A stretch of DNA of 64,000 nucleotides, taken from Planctomycetia bacterium. Its GTDB lineage: Bacteria > Planctomycetota > UBA1135 > UBA2386. The DNA lies in assembly GCA_005776475.1 (NCBI GenBank), contig SXPB01000216.1, positions 4,543-68,542 on the forward strand. The letters run 5' to 3'. Each line of letters starts with the position of its first letter. Within the stretch, counting starts at the first letter, position 1. A model generated the notes under the pieces. That model was given only the letters and a program-made list of their open reading frames with translations, was not told the DNA's origin and searched no databases. Below, in pieces: positions 45,994 to 55,140 of the stretch. Made by a program: the position numbers and the translations under genes.

Positions 45994-48480
45994 ATGCTCG
46001 CAGAACCCAGTTCGCTTCGTCGTGCCGGATTGGCCCTCGCGTTGGCCGCCGCCCAGGTCGGTGCGCAATGCGCGTTGACCGTCCCAGCCGGGCAGGGCGT
46101 CACCGGTGTTGATGGCTCGATCCTGGCATCGGCGTGGTGGGATCCCGACGGCCCAGGCCCGCTCGGCGCGCGGCTCGTCATCGGCGGCACGTTCTACCAG
46201 GTCGGCGCCTTGCCGACTCGCAACGTCGCGGCATGGGATCCCGCAACCGGCAACTGGTCGACATTCGGCAGCGGCCTCCCGGCCATTCAAGTGAACGCAA
46301 TCGCTTCCGTGAACGGCGACGTCGTCGTCGCCGGCAACCTCGCGTTGAGCAACCCAGGCCAGTCCGAACACATCCAGCGTTGGGACGGTTCGGCCTGGGT
46401 CAGTCTCGGCGGTGGCTTCAACGCGCAGGTCATGGCACTCGCGGTCCTGCCCAACGGCGATCTCGTCGCCGCGGGTGAGTTCAACCTCGCCGGCGGCGTT
46501 CCGTGTTCACGCATCGCGCGGTGGAACGGCACGACGTGGTCGCCGCTCGGTGCGGGCCTCGACAACACTGCCACCGCGCTGAAAGTCGCTCCGAATGGCG
46601 ACCTGCTGGTCGCGGGCCACTTCCTGAGCGCCGGCGGCGCTCCGGCGAGCCGAATCGCGCGCTGGAACGGAACTTCATGGTCGGCGCTCGGCAGCGGCGT
46701 CGCGAACGTACCACTCGCGTTGACCTGCTTGCCCAACGGAGACGTGGTGGTCGGGGGCACGTTCACGACGGGCGCCAATCGCATCGCGCGCTGGGACGGC
46801 ACCGCGTGGAACCCGTTCGGAACCGGCGCCGACAACCAGGTCAGTGGTTTGTTCACGCGCGCCAACGGCGACCTCATCATCGGCGGCACCTTCACGTCGA
46901 TCGACGGCACGCCTGCGGCGCGCATCGCGAAGTGGAACGGTACCGCGTGGTCTTCGCTGTCGACCGGCGTGCCGTACGGCCAGGTGTTCGCGTTCGCCGA
47001 GACGCCGAATGGCGACCTGATCGCCGGCGGCCACTTCTTTGCCGCGGGAAGCGAACCACTCGATCGCATCGCTCGCTGGGATGGCGCCGCGTGGCACGCG
47101 CTCAGCGGTGGCATCAGCGGCAACGGCTATATCGCCGACTCGGAGGCGATGGCGGACGGGTCGCTGGTCGTCGGCGGCGTCTTCCAGAAAATCGACGGCG
47201 TGGTGGCGAGCAACGTAGCCCGCTGGAACGGCAGCGCGTGGCAAGCGCTCGGCGCTGGCCTCGATGCGCGCATCTACGATCTGCTCGAACTGCCGAACGG
47301 CGACCTCGTCGCGGTCGGTGGTTTCACCGGCAGTGCCGCGCGCTGGAATGGCAGCACGTGGACGACGCTCGGCACGGTCGCCAACGGCTACCTGCACGCG
47401 GTCACGCGACTCGCCAACGGCGACCTCGTCGCCGCGCGTTCGACGTATGGTTCGAGCACGCATTCCTTGGTGCGCTTCGACGGCACGGCGTGGTCTGCGT
47501 TCGCAACGCTGGGTGCTTCGGGCCGCATCGAATGCTTGACGACGCTGCCGAATGGCGACCTCGTGGTCGGCGGCCGGTTCTATTCGATCGGCGGCGTCAG
47601 TGCCGTCTCCTTGGCGCGCTGGGACGGCACCGCGTGGAGCGGGTTCACGCCCGGAATGTGGAACTCCAACGAGACCGTCTACGCAATGCACGTGCAGCCG
47701 AACGGTGACCTGGTCGTCGGCGGCGACTTCGCGTTCTACTCGACGCCGACCACGCAGATCAGCCGCATCGGCCGCTGGGATGGCACCGCGTGGCATCCGT
47801 ACAGCACAGGGCTTGGCGGCGTGCTGATGGCGATCACCGAGTCCGTGACCGGCGAAATCGTCGTGGCCGGGCAGTTCGTGCAAACGCCGGGCGTCGCGGG
47901 CAACCAGCTTGCGCGATGGAACGGCACCGCGTGGAGCGCGATCGGCTCGGGCATCGCCGGCGAGTACGTCGGCACCGGCTCGCGCGTCGAGACGATGGCG
48001 CGACTCAGCAACGGCGACATCGTGCTCGGCGGCGCCTTCCGCACCGTGGACGGCGTCGTGTCGAACAACATCGCGCGCATCACCACGACGTGCCCGGCGA
48101 ACGTCATCGCCGCTGGCGCAGGCTGCGGAACCGCAACGTTGACAGCCTCGCATCCGTGGACCGGCACGACGTGGACTTCGCAGGCGAGCAACTTGCCGCC
48201 GGCGGCGATGGTGTTCGTCGTGTTCGGCTTTGGCGGGGTCGCGCTGCCGCTCAACACCGTGTTCGCGACCGCGCAACCCGGCTGCACGCTGCACGTGCAA
48301 CCCGACCTCGTCACGACCAGCCTCGCCAGCAACGGTGCGTGCAGTGCGCAGTTCGTGCTGCCGGCGGATCCAGCCCTCACCGGCATCGCCTTCCGCCACC
48401 AAATGGTGCCGCTCGCCCTCGACGCGACGCTCGCCGTCACCGCGACCAACGCGCTGCAACTGACGATCGGCACCTGGTGA
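45994..48480 (+). CDS. exported beta-propeller repeat protein (~13-14 blades) with C-terminal Cys-containing module
   Basis: Track ORF. Signal-like MLAEPSSLRRAGLALALAAAQVGAQC. The unit IARW(N/D)GTxWSxLGxG....(V)xAL..LPNGDLVVGGxF recurs about every 45-55 aa. Confidence 0.75.
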   Translation: MLAEPSSLRRAGLALALAAAQVGAQCALTVPAGQGVTGVDGSILASAWWDPDGPGPLGARLVIGGTFYQVGALPTRNVAAWDPATGNWSTFGSGLPAIQVNAIASVNGDVVVAGNLALSNPGQSEHIQRWDGSAWVSLGGGFNAQVMALAVLPNGDLVAAGEFNLAGGVPCSRIARWNGTTWSPLGAGLDNTATALKVAPNGDLLVAGHFLSAGGAPASRIARWNGTSWSALGSGVANVPLALTCLPNGDVVVGGTFTTGANRIARWDGTAWNPFGTGADNQVSGLFTRANGDLIIGGTFTSIDGTPAARIAKWNGTAWSSLSTGVPYGQVFAFAETPNGDLIAGGHFFAAGSEPLDRIARWDGAAWHALSGGISGNGYIADSEAMADGSLVVGGVFQKIDGVVASNVARWNGSAWQALGAGLDARIYDLLELPNGDLVAVGGFTGSAARWNGSTWTTLGTVANGYLHAVTRLANGDLVAARSTYGSSTHSLVRFDGTAWSAFATLGASGRIECLTTLPNGDLVVGGRFYSIGGVSAVSLARWDGTAWSGFTPGMWNSNETVYAMHVQPNGDLVVGGDFAFYSTPTTQISRIGRWDGTAWHPYSTGLGGVLMAITESVTGEIVVAGQFVQTPGVAGNQLARWNGTAWSAIGSGIAGEYVGTGSRVETMARLSNGDIVLGGAFRTVDGVVSNNIARITTTCPANVIAAGAGCGTATLTASHPWTGTTWTSQASNLPPAAMVFVVFGFGGVALPLNTVFATAQPGCTLHVQPDLVTTSLASNGACSAQFVLPADPALTGIAFRHQMVPLALDATLAVTATNALQLTIGTW
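46126..48090 (+). repeat. tandem ~135-165 nt coding repeats (propeller blades)
   Basis: Thirteen recognisable copies of the RW(N/D)G(T/S/A)(A/T/S)W core: VAAWDPATGNWS, IQRWDGSAWV, IARWNGTTWS, IARWNGTSWS, IARWDGTAWN, IAKWNGTAWS, IARWDGAAWH, VARWNGSAWQ, AARWNGSTWT, LVRFDGTAWS, LARWDGTAWS, IGRWDGTAWH, LARWNGTAWS. Confidence 0.8.
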
Positions 48481-48486
48481 GGTGCG

Positions 48487-49143
48487 TCACCGCGGCGAGG
48501 CCGTCTTCGCTTCCACCAGCTCGACCAGCGAATCGCCGTCGAGCTGGCGGATCTCGATGCCGACGGCAGGTGCGTACCACGTCATCTTCGTCTGCGGCAA
48601 ATACCGCGCCTCGGCCCCGACCAACCGCAAGGTGCGCACGATGCGCAAGGCCTCGAAGGTGCCGGCGGGCACGGTGATCGTGTCGAGATCCTCGACGACG
48701 TAGTCGGCGCGCAACGGCACCGGCGGCGCGCCGGGCCCACGATCGACGAACTCGCACGACCACCGTTTGCCGACCCACAGCGGCCAGTGGTAGCGCGCAT
48801 CGACCGGCGCGAGCAGGTGCTCCGGCGCGTTCGCCGCACTCCATTGGCCGAGGTTGCCGAGATCGCGCGTGCGCCGCAGCACTGGCCCCGCACCCGTGTC
48901 GATCGCGTAGTGCTCGGGCGTCACTTCGAGCACGCGGAAGGTGCCGCGCACGTGTTCGCCGCGCACCATCGTGAACGCGTCGCCGACGTTCCACTCCGGC
49001 CGCGGCCAGGTCTTGGCGCCGGTGGGCACTTCGGCGTCGAACGCGATGACGCCGCGGCCGGTTGCTGCCGATGACTGCGGCGGCGGTGGGGCCGAGCACG
49101 CGAACAACGACAACGCAACTACGACGACGACGACACAGCGCAT
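48487..49143 (-). CDS. hypothetical lipoprotein (218 aa)
   Basis: Track ORF 48487..49191 trimmed to ATG 49143 (MRCVVVVVVALSLFACSAPPP; lipobox LFAC). It starts 7 nt after the phosphoesterase stop. Confidence 0.6.
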   Translation of the reverse strand: MRCVVVVVVALSLFACSAPPPPQSSAATGRGVIAFDAEVPTGAKTWPRPEWNVGDAFTMVRGEHVRGTFRVLEVTPEHYAIDTGAGPVLRRTRDLGNLGQWSAANAPEHLLAPVDARYHWPLWVGKRWSCEFVDRGPGAPPVPLRADYVVEDLDTITVPAGTFEALRIVRTLRLVGAEARYLPQTKMTWYAPAVGIEIRQLDGDSLVELVEAKTASPR

Positions 49144-49150
49144 GCGACGT

Positions 49151-49864
49151 TCACTCGAGCGGGATCGGGATCGGCCGGAAGTCGATCGCATCGACTGCAG
49201 CCAGGTAGTAGCGAATGCCGTCGGCGACGCCTTGGAAGCCGTACTTGTGGTCCTTGCCGTGCAAGTGGCCGTACACGCAGATCTGCGCGCACGCTTCCTT
49301 CAGCAGCGCCACGGCCCCCGTCTCGCGCCCATCCGAGTACCGCGGCGGATAGTGCACCAACGCAATGGTGCGAGCGCCGCCCGGCACACAACCACCGAGC
49401 TTGCGCCCGGCCTGGATCGACAGCTTGAAGCGTTCGAGCTCGCGGGCGAACACCGTCGCCGATTGTGCATCGGCCCACGGCGCTTCGGGCGGATCCCACA
49501 GTCGCGTGCCGACCACCACGGTGCCGTCGGGCAACTGCACCGCATCGTTCTGCAGCAACCGGATCGACGGGTGCAGCACCTTCTCGACCTTAGTGCGCGA
49601 CTGCCACCACGTGCAGTGGTTGCCCTTGATCAACACCTTGCGGCCCGGCCGCGCGCCGAGCCAGTCGAGGTCGGGCTTGGCTTCGGCGAGGTCGAGTCCC
49701 CACGAAGTGTCGCCGCCGACGAGCACCCAGTCGTCGGGACCGACCATGGCGTCCCACGCCTGCTGCATGCGTTCGGCGTGGCCAACCCACTGCGGCCCGA
49801 AGATGTCCATCGGCTTGTCGACGCCGAAGCTCAGGTGCAGGTCACTGATCGCAAAGAGGCGCAA
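49151..49864 (-). CDS. calcineurin-like metallophosphoesterase (COG1768-like predicted phosphohydrolase)
   Basis: Track ORF 49151..50044 trimmed to TTG 49864, giving (M)RLFAISDLHLSFG. Motifs DLH, VLVGGDTSW, LIKGNHCTWW, VYGHLHG. Confidence 0.75.
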   Translation of the reverse strand: MRLFAISDLHLSFGVDKPMDIFGPQWVGHAERMQQAWDAMVGPDDWVLVGGDTSWGLDLAEAKPDLDWLGARPGRKVLIKGNHCTWWQSRTKVEKVLHPSIRLLQNDAVQLPDGTVVVGTRLWDPPEAPWADAQSATVFARELERFKLSIQAGRKLGGCVPGGARTIALVHYPPRYSDGRETGAVALLKEACAQICVYGHLHGKDHKYGFQGVADGIRYYLAAVDAIDFRPIPIPLE

Positions 49865-49979
49865 AGGGCAGTCCAGGGGAGCGGGAAGACAGTGGCATAC
49901 GGGACCGGCGCCACATCGCCAACCAAGGAATCGGGCGCGGCCGCATTGCGCGCCGCGCGCCACCGCCGACGATCGCCGC

Positions 49980-51377
49980 ATGCGAACGTGCCGCGTGCGT
50001 GGTTTCCCGTTCCTGGCTGCGGCGGCGGCCCTTGGCGCCGCCATGACATCGGCGCTGGCGCAGGAACCCGCCGCGCCACCGTGCCCGGAGACACCCGCGG
50101 GCTATCGCCAGGAACTGTGGCAACAAGCCTGGCAGATCCACCACCGCGCGGTGCTGATCGACACCCACGTCGACACCACCACACGCGTGCTGGACCAGGG
50201 CTTCGACATGGGCCAACGCGCCGCCGATGGCCATTTCGATCTACCGCGCGCCGCGGCCGGCGGCCTCGACGCGGTGTTCTATTCGATCTACGTCGACTCA
50301 CGTTTCTACGGCGACGAGCACACGCTGTTCGCCGATCCACCCGCGTCGATCAACGACGACTGGCCCCGACCGAAGGAACCCGGCGCCGCCAACGGCAGCG
50401 CGCGCCGCGCCTTGATGATGATCGACGGCTTGTTGCGCACGATCGAACGGCACCCGACCCGCATGGTCGCCTGCACCACCGCCGACGAGTTGCTGGCCGC
50501 GGTGCGCGCCGGCAAACACGCGGCGCTGATGGGCATCGAAGGCGGCCACGCGATCGAAGGCGACCTCGGCCTGCTGCGCCTCTTCCACCAGCTCGGCGTG
50601 CGCTACATGACGCTCACGCACACCGTGCACAACGAGTTCGCCGATTCGTGTGCCCCCGCCGAACCACGCTGGGGCGGGCTCAACCGCCTCGGCGCCAAGG
50701 TCGTGCGCGAGATGAACCGGCTCGGCATGGTCGTCGACGTGAGCCACGTCAGCGACGCGACGTTCGCCGACGTGCTGCGCACGACGTCGGCACCGGTCAT
50801 CTGCTCGCACAGCTCACTGCGCGCCTTGTGCCCGCATCCGCGCAACGTCACCGACGACATGCTGCGCGCACTCGCCGCGAACGGGGGCGCGGTGATGATC
50901 AACTACAACTGCGGGTTCCTCGACGCCGACTACGCCAAGAACAAGTCGGGTCGCGAACAGACGCGGCGCATCCAGGAGAAGGCCGCCCGCGACAAGTTCG
51001 CCGATGGCAGCGCCGAACTGCAAGCTGCCCTGAAGAGCCTCGACAGCCGATTCCCGCCGGTCGACCGCCCGCCATTGGCGAAGCTGGTGGCGCACGTACT
51101 GCGCGCGATCGAGATCGCCGGCGCCGACCACGTCGGGCTCGGCAGCGATTTCGATGGTGTGCCGTGCCTGCCGCAGGGCATGGACGATGCGACGTTCCTG
51201 CCGCGTCTCACCTACGAACTGTTGGCGGCCGGCTGCAGCGAAGCAGTGATCACCAAGGTGCTCGGCGGCAATCTGCTGCGCGTGCTGCGCGCGGTCGAGG
51301 CCCGCGCTCTGCAACTGCGTGGCACCGGACCCGAACTGGCCGAGCCGCGCACCGACCAGGAACGGCTGCCGCGCTGA
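49980..51377 (+). CDS. M19-family membrane dipeptidase, exported
   Basis: Track ORF 49365..51377 trimmed to ATG 49980 (MRTCRVRGFPFLAAAAALGAAMTSALAQ). LIDTHVDT, MGIEGGHAI, GVRYMTLTH, VVDVSHVSD, ICSHSS, GLGSDFDG. Confidence 0.85.
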   Translation: MRTCRVRGFPFLAAAAALGAAMTSALAQEPAAPPCPETPAGYRQELWQQAWQIHHRAVLIDTHVDTTTRVLDQGFDMGQRAADGHFDLPRAAAGGLDAVFYSIYVDSRFYGDEHTLFADPPASINDDWPRPKEPGAANGSARRALMMIDGLLRTIERHPTRMVACTTADELLAAVRAGKHAALMGIEGGHAIEGDLGLLRLFHQLGVRYMTLTHTVHNEFADSCAPAEPRWGGLNRLGAKVVREMNRLGMVVDVSHVSDATFADVLRTTSAPVICSHSSLRALCPHPRNVTDDMLRALAANGGAVMINYNCGFLDADYAKNKSGREQTRRIQEKAARDKFADGSAELQAALKSLDSRFPPVDRPPLAKLVAHVLRAIEIAGADHVGLGSDFDGVPCLPQGMDDATFLPRLTYELLAAGCSEAVITKVLGGNLLRVLRAVEARALQLRGTGPELAEPRTDQERLPR

Positions 51378-51384
51378 CGCGAAC

Positions 51385-52545
51385 TCAGGCCTTCGGCTGG
51401 GCCGGCCGCGGCGCGAAATCGTCGCTGGACATGGCCCCGGGCGGCAGGGTCCCCGTTGGCACACCAAAGCCGAGCCCGTGCAGCGCATGCAGTGCGAACT
51501 CACGCAACCGTTCGAAACTCGCCGCCGTGACGATCGCCGGCGCGACCATCTGCAGCGCCGGGCGAAGCAGATTGCGCGCCGAGAACAGATGGTACGACAA
51601 AGAGCGATCCTTCGGCGTGGCGCGATCCCCGAGCGCAGCCAGCAAGACGTCCTGCGGGTTCCAGGTGTCCGGTGTTCCACTCAAACCCAGCTCGGCGCGC
51701 CGCGGCATCGCGTGGTCGAGCACGGCCGATTCGACGATGCCAGCCAACATGATCGTCGCCATGCGATGATCGCTGGCTGCCAAGGCCCGGTCGTAGCAAC
51801 GCAGGTCGATGCCGACCAACGAACGCAGGCGAGGGTCGCGCAGCTTGTGGTAGTCGAACAGCGGTTGGCTGTCGGCCTTGGGCGCCGGCGGCGACGGCGG
51901 CACTCCGAACGCCGTTCGGCCAAAACCCGCCGAAGGGTCCACCGGAGCATCCGACTCGTTCGGCGACATCGCCTTCACTTGCTCGCCGAAGGTCGGCACA
52001 CCCATCACCATGCTGTTGCCGGGGACCATGGTGTTGCCCGTACTCGGCGGCAGGATCTTGGCGCGCTGGGTAACGTCGCCGAAGACCTTGTTCTGCAGGC
52101 GCGTGGTCAACGACCGCGTGGCGTCGCCGGCAACCTGCATCAGGCGCTTGATTGGCAGATCGATCAGCGGCTTCTCGGCGAGTTCGACGGCCCAGTCGGC
52201 GACCACCTGGCGCTTCTTCTGCAGCCATTGGCGTTCGTCATTGGGCACCGCCTGCTCGGTGAGTCGCAGTTCGATCGCTTCGACGGCGCGACGACAGCAA
52301 GCGACCAACAAGCTGGTGTCGGGCGGCGCCAGGTCGAGGTCGACCATGTCCTGGTAGCCACTGATGCAGCGCTGCAGGTAATCCCGTAGGCGCCGCACGT
52401 CTCCGTAGAGCCGCGGCAAGTCTGCCGGACCGACCGCAGAGTGCTGCGACAGTTCGAGTCGGTGCTCACCGATGTGTTCGAGAGTCAGCTTCGCGGCTTC
52501 CAAGAAGCACACTGCGACGACTTTCTTCACTTGAAGCTGCGGCAT
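51385..52545 (-). CDS. hypothetical protein (386 aa)
   Basis: Track ORF 51385..52743 trimmed to ATG 52545 (MPQLQVKKVVAVCFLEAAKLTLEHIGEHRLEL). Normal composition. No motif recognised. Confidence 0.5.
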   Translation of the reverse strand: MPQLQVKKVVAVCFLEAAKLTLEHIGEHRLELSQHSAVGPADLPRLYGDVRRLRDYLQRCISGYQDMVDLDLAPPDTSLLVACCRRAVEAIELRLTEQAVPNDERQWLQKKRQVVADWAVELAEKPLIDLPIKRLMQVAGDATRSLTTRLQNKVFGDVTQRAKILPPSTGNTMVPGNSMVMGVPTFGEQVKAMSPNESDAPVDPSAGFGRTAFGVPPSPPAPKADSQPLFDYHKLRDPRLRSLVGIDLRCYDRALAASDHRMATIMLAGIVESAVLDHAMPRRAELGLSGTPDTWNPQDVLLAALGDRATPKDRSLSYHLFSARNLLRPALQMVAPAIVTAASFERLREFALHALHGLGFGVPTGTLPPGAMSSDDFAPRPAQPKA

Positions 52546-52636
52546 GGGACCCGCCAATGCATCGACGCGCGGCAGTGCCCATCTTGACGGGTTGCTCGAA
52601 GAGCTTCGTTCCGCACGCTGGCTATGCTCGCCGGCG

Positions 52637-54091
52637 ATGCCCTCCCTCGAACGCGATCTCGTCCGCCTGCTCGGCGATCGTCGCGTCCTCACGTCGCCAG
52701 ACGCGCTGCTGGCCTGGGAATGCGACGGGTTCACCGTGCACAAATCGAGACCGCGCGCCGTGGTGTTGCCGGAATCGACAGCGGAAGTGCAGGCCGTCGT
52801 GCGGCTGCTCTACGCCGCCAAAGTTCCTTTCGTACCGCGCGGTGCCGGCACCTGCCTGTCCGGCGGCCCGACCGCACGCGGCGACGCCATCGTCGTGGAC
52901 CTGTGCCGCATGAAGAAAGTGCTGCAGATTGCGACAGCCGACATGTTCGCCGTGGTCCAACCCGGCGTCGTCAATGCCGACCTGACCGCGGCGGTGAAGC
53001 ACCTCGGCCTGCACTACGCACCTGACCCGAGCAGCCAGACCGTGTGCACGATCGGCGGCAACTTCGCCGAGAACAGCGGCGGCCCCCATTGCTTCAAATA
53101 CGGGATGACCCAGGACCACGTGCTCGGGGCGCGCGTCGTGTTACCGGACGGTTCGCTGGCCGTGCTCGGGTCGCCAGCCGGCTCGCGCCTGCCCGGCGCG
53201 CCGGACCTGACCGCGCTGTTCTGCGGCAGCGAAGGCACCTTCGGCATCGCCACCGAGATCACGGTGCGGCTGTGCCGCGACCAGCAGACCGTGCGCACGA
53301 TGCTCGGCTCGTTCGCTTCGATGACCGCCGCCTGCCGCACGGTCAGCGACATCGTCGCCGCGGGGCTGGTACCGGCCGCACTCGAGATCCTCGACCAGGC
53401 CACCATTCGCGCGGTCGAAGCCTCCGTCTACCGCGCCGGATATCCCGCCGACGCCGCCGCGGTACTGCTGGTCGAACTCGACGGTCCCGCCGTCGCATTG
53501 GCCGAAGAAGCCGCCGAAGTGCACGCCGCGTTCGCGCACAACGGCGCCCTGCGGGTCGAAGAAGCCACCGACCCCGCCAACCGGAAACGGCTGTGGAAGG
53601 GCCGCAAGGGCGCCTTCGGCGCGATGGGCCGCCTCAACACCGATCTCTACGTGCTCGACGGCGTGGTGCCGCGCACCCAGCTCGAAGCCGCCCTGCAAGG
53701 CATCGCCGCGATCGGCGCGAAACACGGCGTGCTGCTGACCAACGTCTTCCACGCCGGCGACGGCAACCTGCACCCCAACATCAGCTACGACGGCCGCGAC
53801 GCGGCGCAAACGGCGCGCACCATCGCCGCCGGCCACGAGATCCTGCAGCTCTGCGTCGATCTCGGCGGCAGCATCTCGGGCGAACACGGCATCGGCACCG
53901 AGAAGCTCGACCACTTCCGGATGATGTACGACGACACCGATCTCGCCGTGATGGCGAAGGTGCGGGCGGTGTGGAACCCGGACGACCTGTGCAATCCCGG
54001 CAAGGCGCTGCCGTCGCGTTCGGCCTGTGCCGAATCGGCGAAGTGGCCGGCGATGACGGCGCGCATCCTGCGCGACGAGGGGCACGCATGA
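52637..54091 (+). CDS. glcD: glycolate oxidase FAD-linked subunit GlcD
   Basis: Track ORF 52544..54091 trimmed to ATG 52637 (MPSLERDLVRLLGDRRVLTSPDALLAWECDG). FVPRGAGTCLSGG, TIGGNFAENSGGPHCFKYG, GSEGTFGI, HAGDGNLHPN, ISGEHGIG. Confidence 0.88.
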   Translation: MPSLERDLVRLLGDRRVLTSPDALLAWECDGFTVHKSRPRAVVLPESTAEVQAVVRLLYAAKVPFVPRGAGTCLSGGPTARGDAIVVDLCRMKKVLQIATADMFAVVQPGVVNADLTAAVKHLGLHYAPDPSSQTVCTIGGNFAENSGGPHCFKYGMTQDHVLGARVVLPDGSLAVLGSPAGSRLPGAPDLTALFCGSEGTFGIATEITVRLCRDQQTVRTMLGSFASMTAACRTVSDIVAAGLVPAALEILDQATIRAVEASVYRAGYPADAAAVLLVELDGPAVALAEEAAEVHAAFAHNGALRVEEATDPANRKRLWKGRKGAFGAMGRLNTDLYVLDGVVPRTQLEAALQGIAAIGAKHGVLLTNVFHAGDGNLHPNISYDGRDAAQTARTIAAGHEILQLCVDLGGSISGEHGIGTEKLDHFRMMYDDTDLAVMAKVRAVWNPDDLCNPGKALPSRSACAESAKWPAMTARILRDEGHA

Positions 54092-55140
54092 CCTCGCCCA
54101 CGGACCGGTGCGTGGTGGTCGACGACGTCGCCGCCGTGGCGACGTGCCTGCGCGATCGGCCGGGGCGCGTGCGGCTGCGCGGCGGCGGTTCGCGCCAGGA
54201 TCGCCTGGCCGCGGCCGGCGACGCCACCGTGCTCGACCTGTCGCGACTCGCCTCGATCGTGCGCCTGGATGGACCCGACCAGACCTGCACCGTCGAATGC
54301 GGCGTGCGGCGCGAACACCTCGACCAGGAACTGGCGCCGCACGGCCTCGAGCTGCCGTGTGTCGGCGGCGGCACCTTGGGCGGCCTGTTCGCCAGCGATC
54401 CGATCGGCGCTTCGACGTTCGGCGGACCCTCGCCGCGGTCGCTGCTGCTCGGCATGGACGCCGTGCTCGCCGATGGCACTCCGTTCCGTTCGGGTGCGCG
54501 CGTGGTGAAGAGTGTCGCCGGCTTCGACGTGCACAAGTTGCTGGTCGGCAGCGAAGGCAGGCTGTTCGTCGCAACCCGGCTGCATCTGCGCTTGAAGCCG
54601 GCACCGCGGACCTCGCAGTGGTTCGCGATGCCTGGGCTCGACGACGCGCGCGCGTTGGCGCTGGTCCAGACCCTGCAACAAGAGCCGGTGGCGCCGACCC
54701 GGCTGCAGGTGCGTCGTGCCGGCACCGGCGACTGCACGGTGCAAGGCCGCGTGGCCGGCCGCGCCGCGTTCGTGCTCGATCTGCTGCGCCGCCACGGACT
54801 GCGCGAATGCGCACCCTGCGGCCTCGACCACCTGCCGGCACCCACCGGCGGCGAAGTCGTCGCCGGCATCACGTTGTCGAGTGCGTTGCCCGACCTGTGG
54901 CGCCTGTTGCCGCCGCAAGCGGACTTGCTGTGGCATGCCGGCGGTCGCTACGAAGTGGCGCTGCCGACGCCGGTCGCAACCGACGACCTGCTGCGTGCAC
55001 TCGCTGCGCGTGGCGACCACGCGATCCTCGTGCATGGCGACAGCGCGCGGCGCGGTCGGCTGACACCGCACGACCCTGGCCACCAGCGCATCCACACCGG
55101 ACTGAAGGCAACCCTCGATCCCCATGGCCGTCTCGTCTGA
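54088..55140 (+). CDS. glcE: glycolate oxidase FAD-binding subunit GlcE
   Basis: Last 350 codons of track ORF 53044..55140. ATG 54088 overlaps the glcD stop (ATGA). GGGSRQ, TVECGVRREHLDQELAPHGLELP, KSVAGFDVHKLLVGSEGRL. Its position between glcD and glcF fits. Confidence 0.8.
   Translation: MTSPTDRCVVVDDVAAVATCLRDRPGRVRLRGGGSRQDRLAAAGDATVLDLSRLASIVRLDGPDQTCTVECGVRREHLDQELAPHGLELPCVGGGTLGGLFASDPIGASTFGGPSPRSLLLGMDAVLADGTPFRSGARVVKSVAGFDVHKLLVGSEGRLFVATRLHLRLKPAPRTSQWFAMPGLDDARALALVQTLQQEPVAPTRLQVRRAGTGDCTVQGRVAGRAAFVLDLLRRHGLRECAPCGLDHLPAPTGGEVVAGITLSSALPDLWRLLPPQADLLWHAGGRYEVALPTPVATDDLLRALAARGDHAILVHGDSARRGRLTPHDPGHQRIHTGLKATLDPHGRLV

Noticed and set aside
52544-52636. N-terminal extension of glcD (track start 52544). 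It would overlap the divergent gene's ATG at 52545.
   Set aside because: Two divergent genes cannot sensibly share start codons. The extension (MGPANASTRGSAHLDGLLEELRSARWLCSPA) has no counterpart in GlcD proteins. ATG 52637 gives the usual GlcD opening and a 91-bp divergent promoter region.
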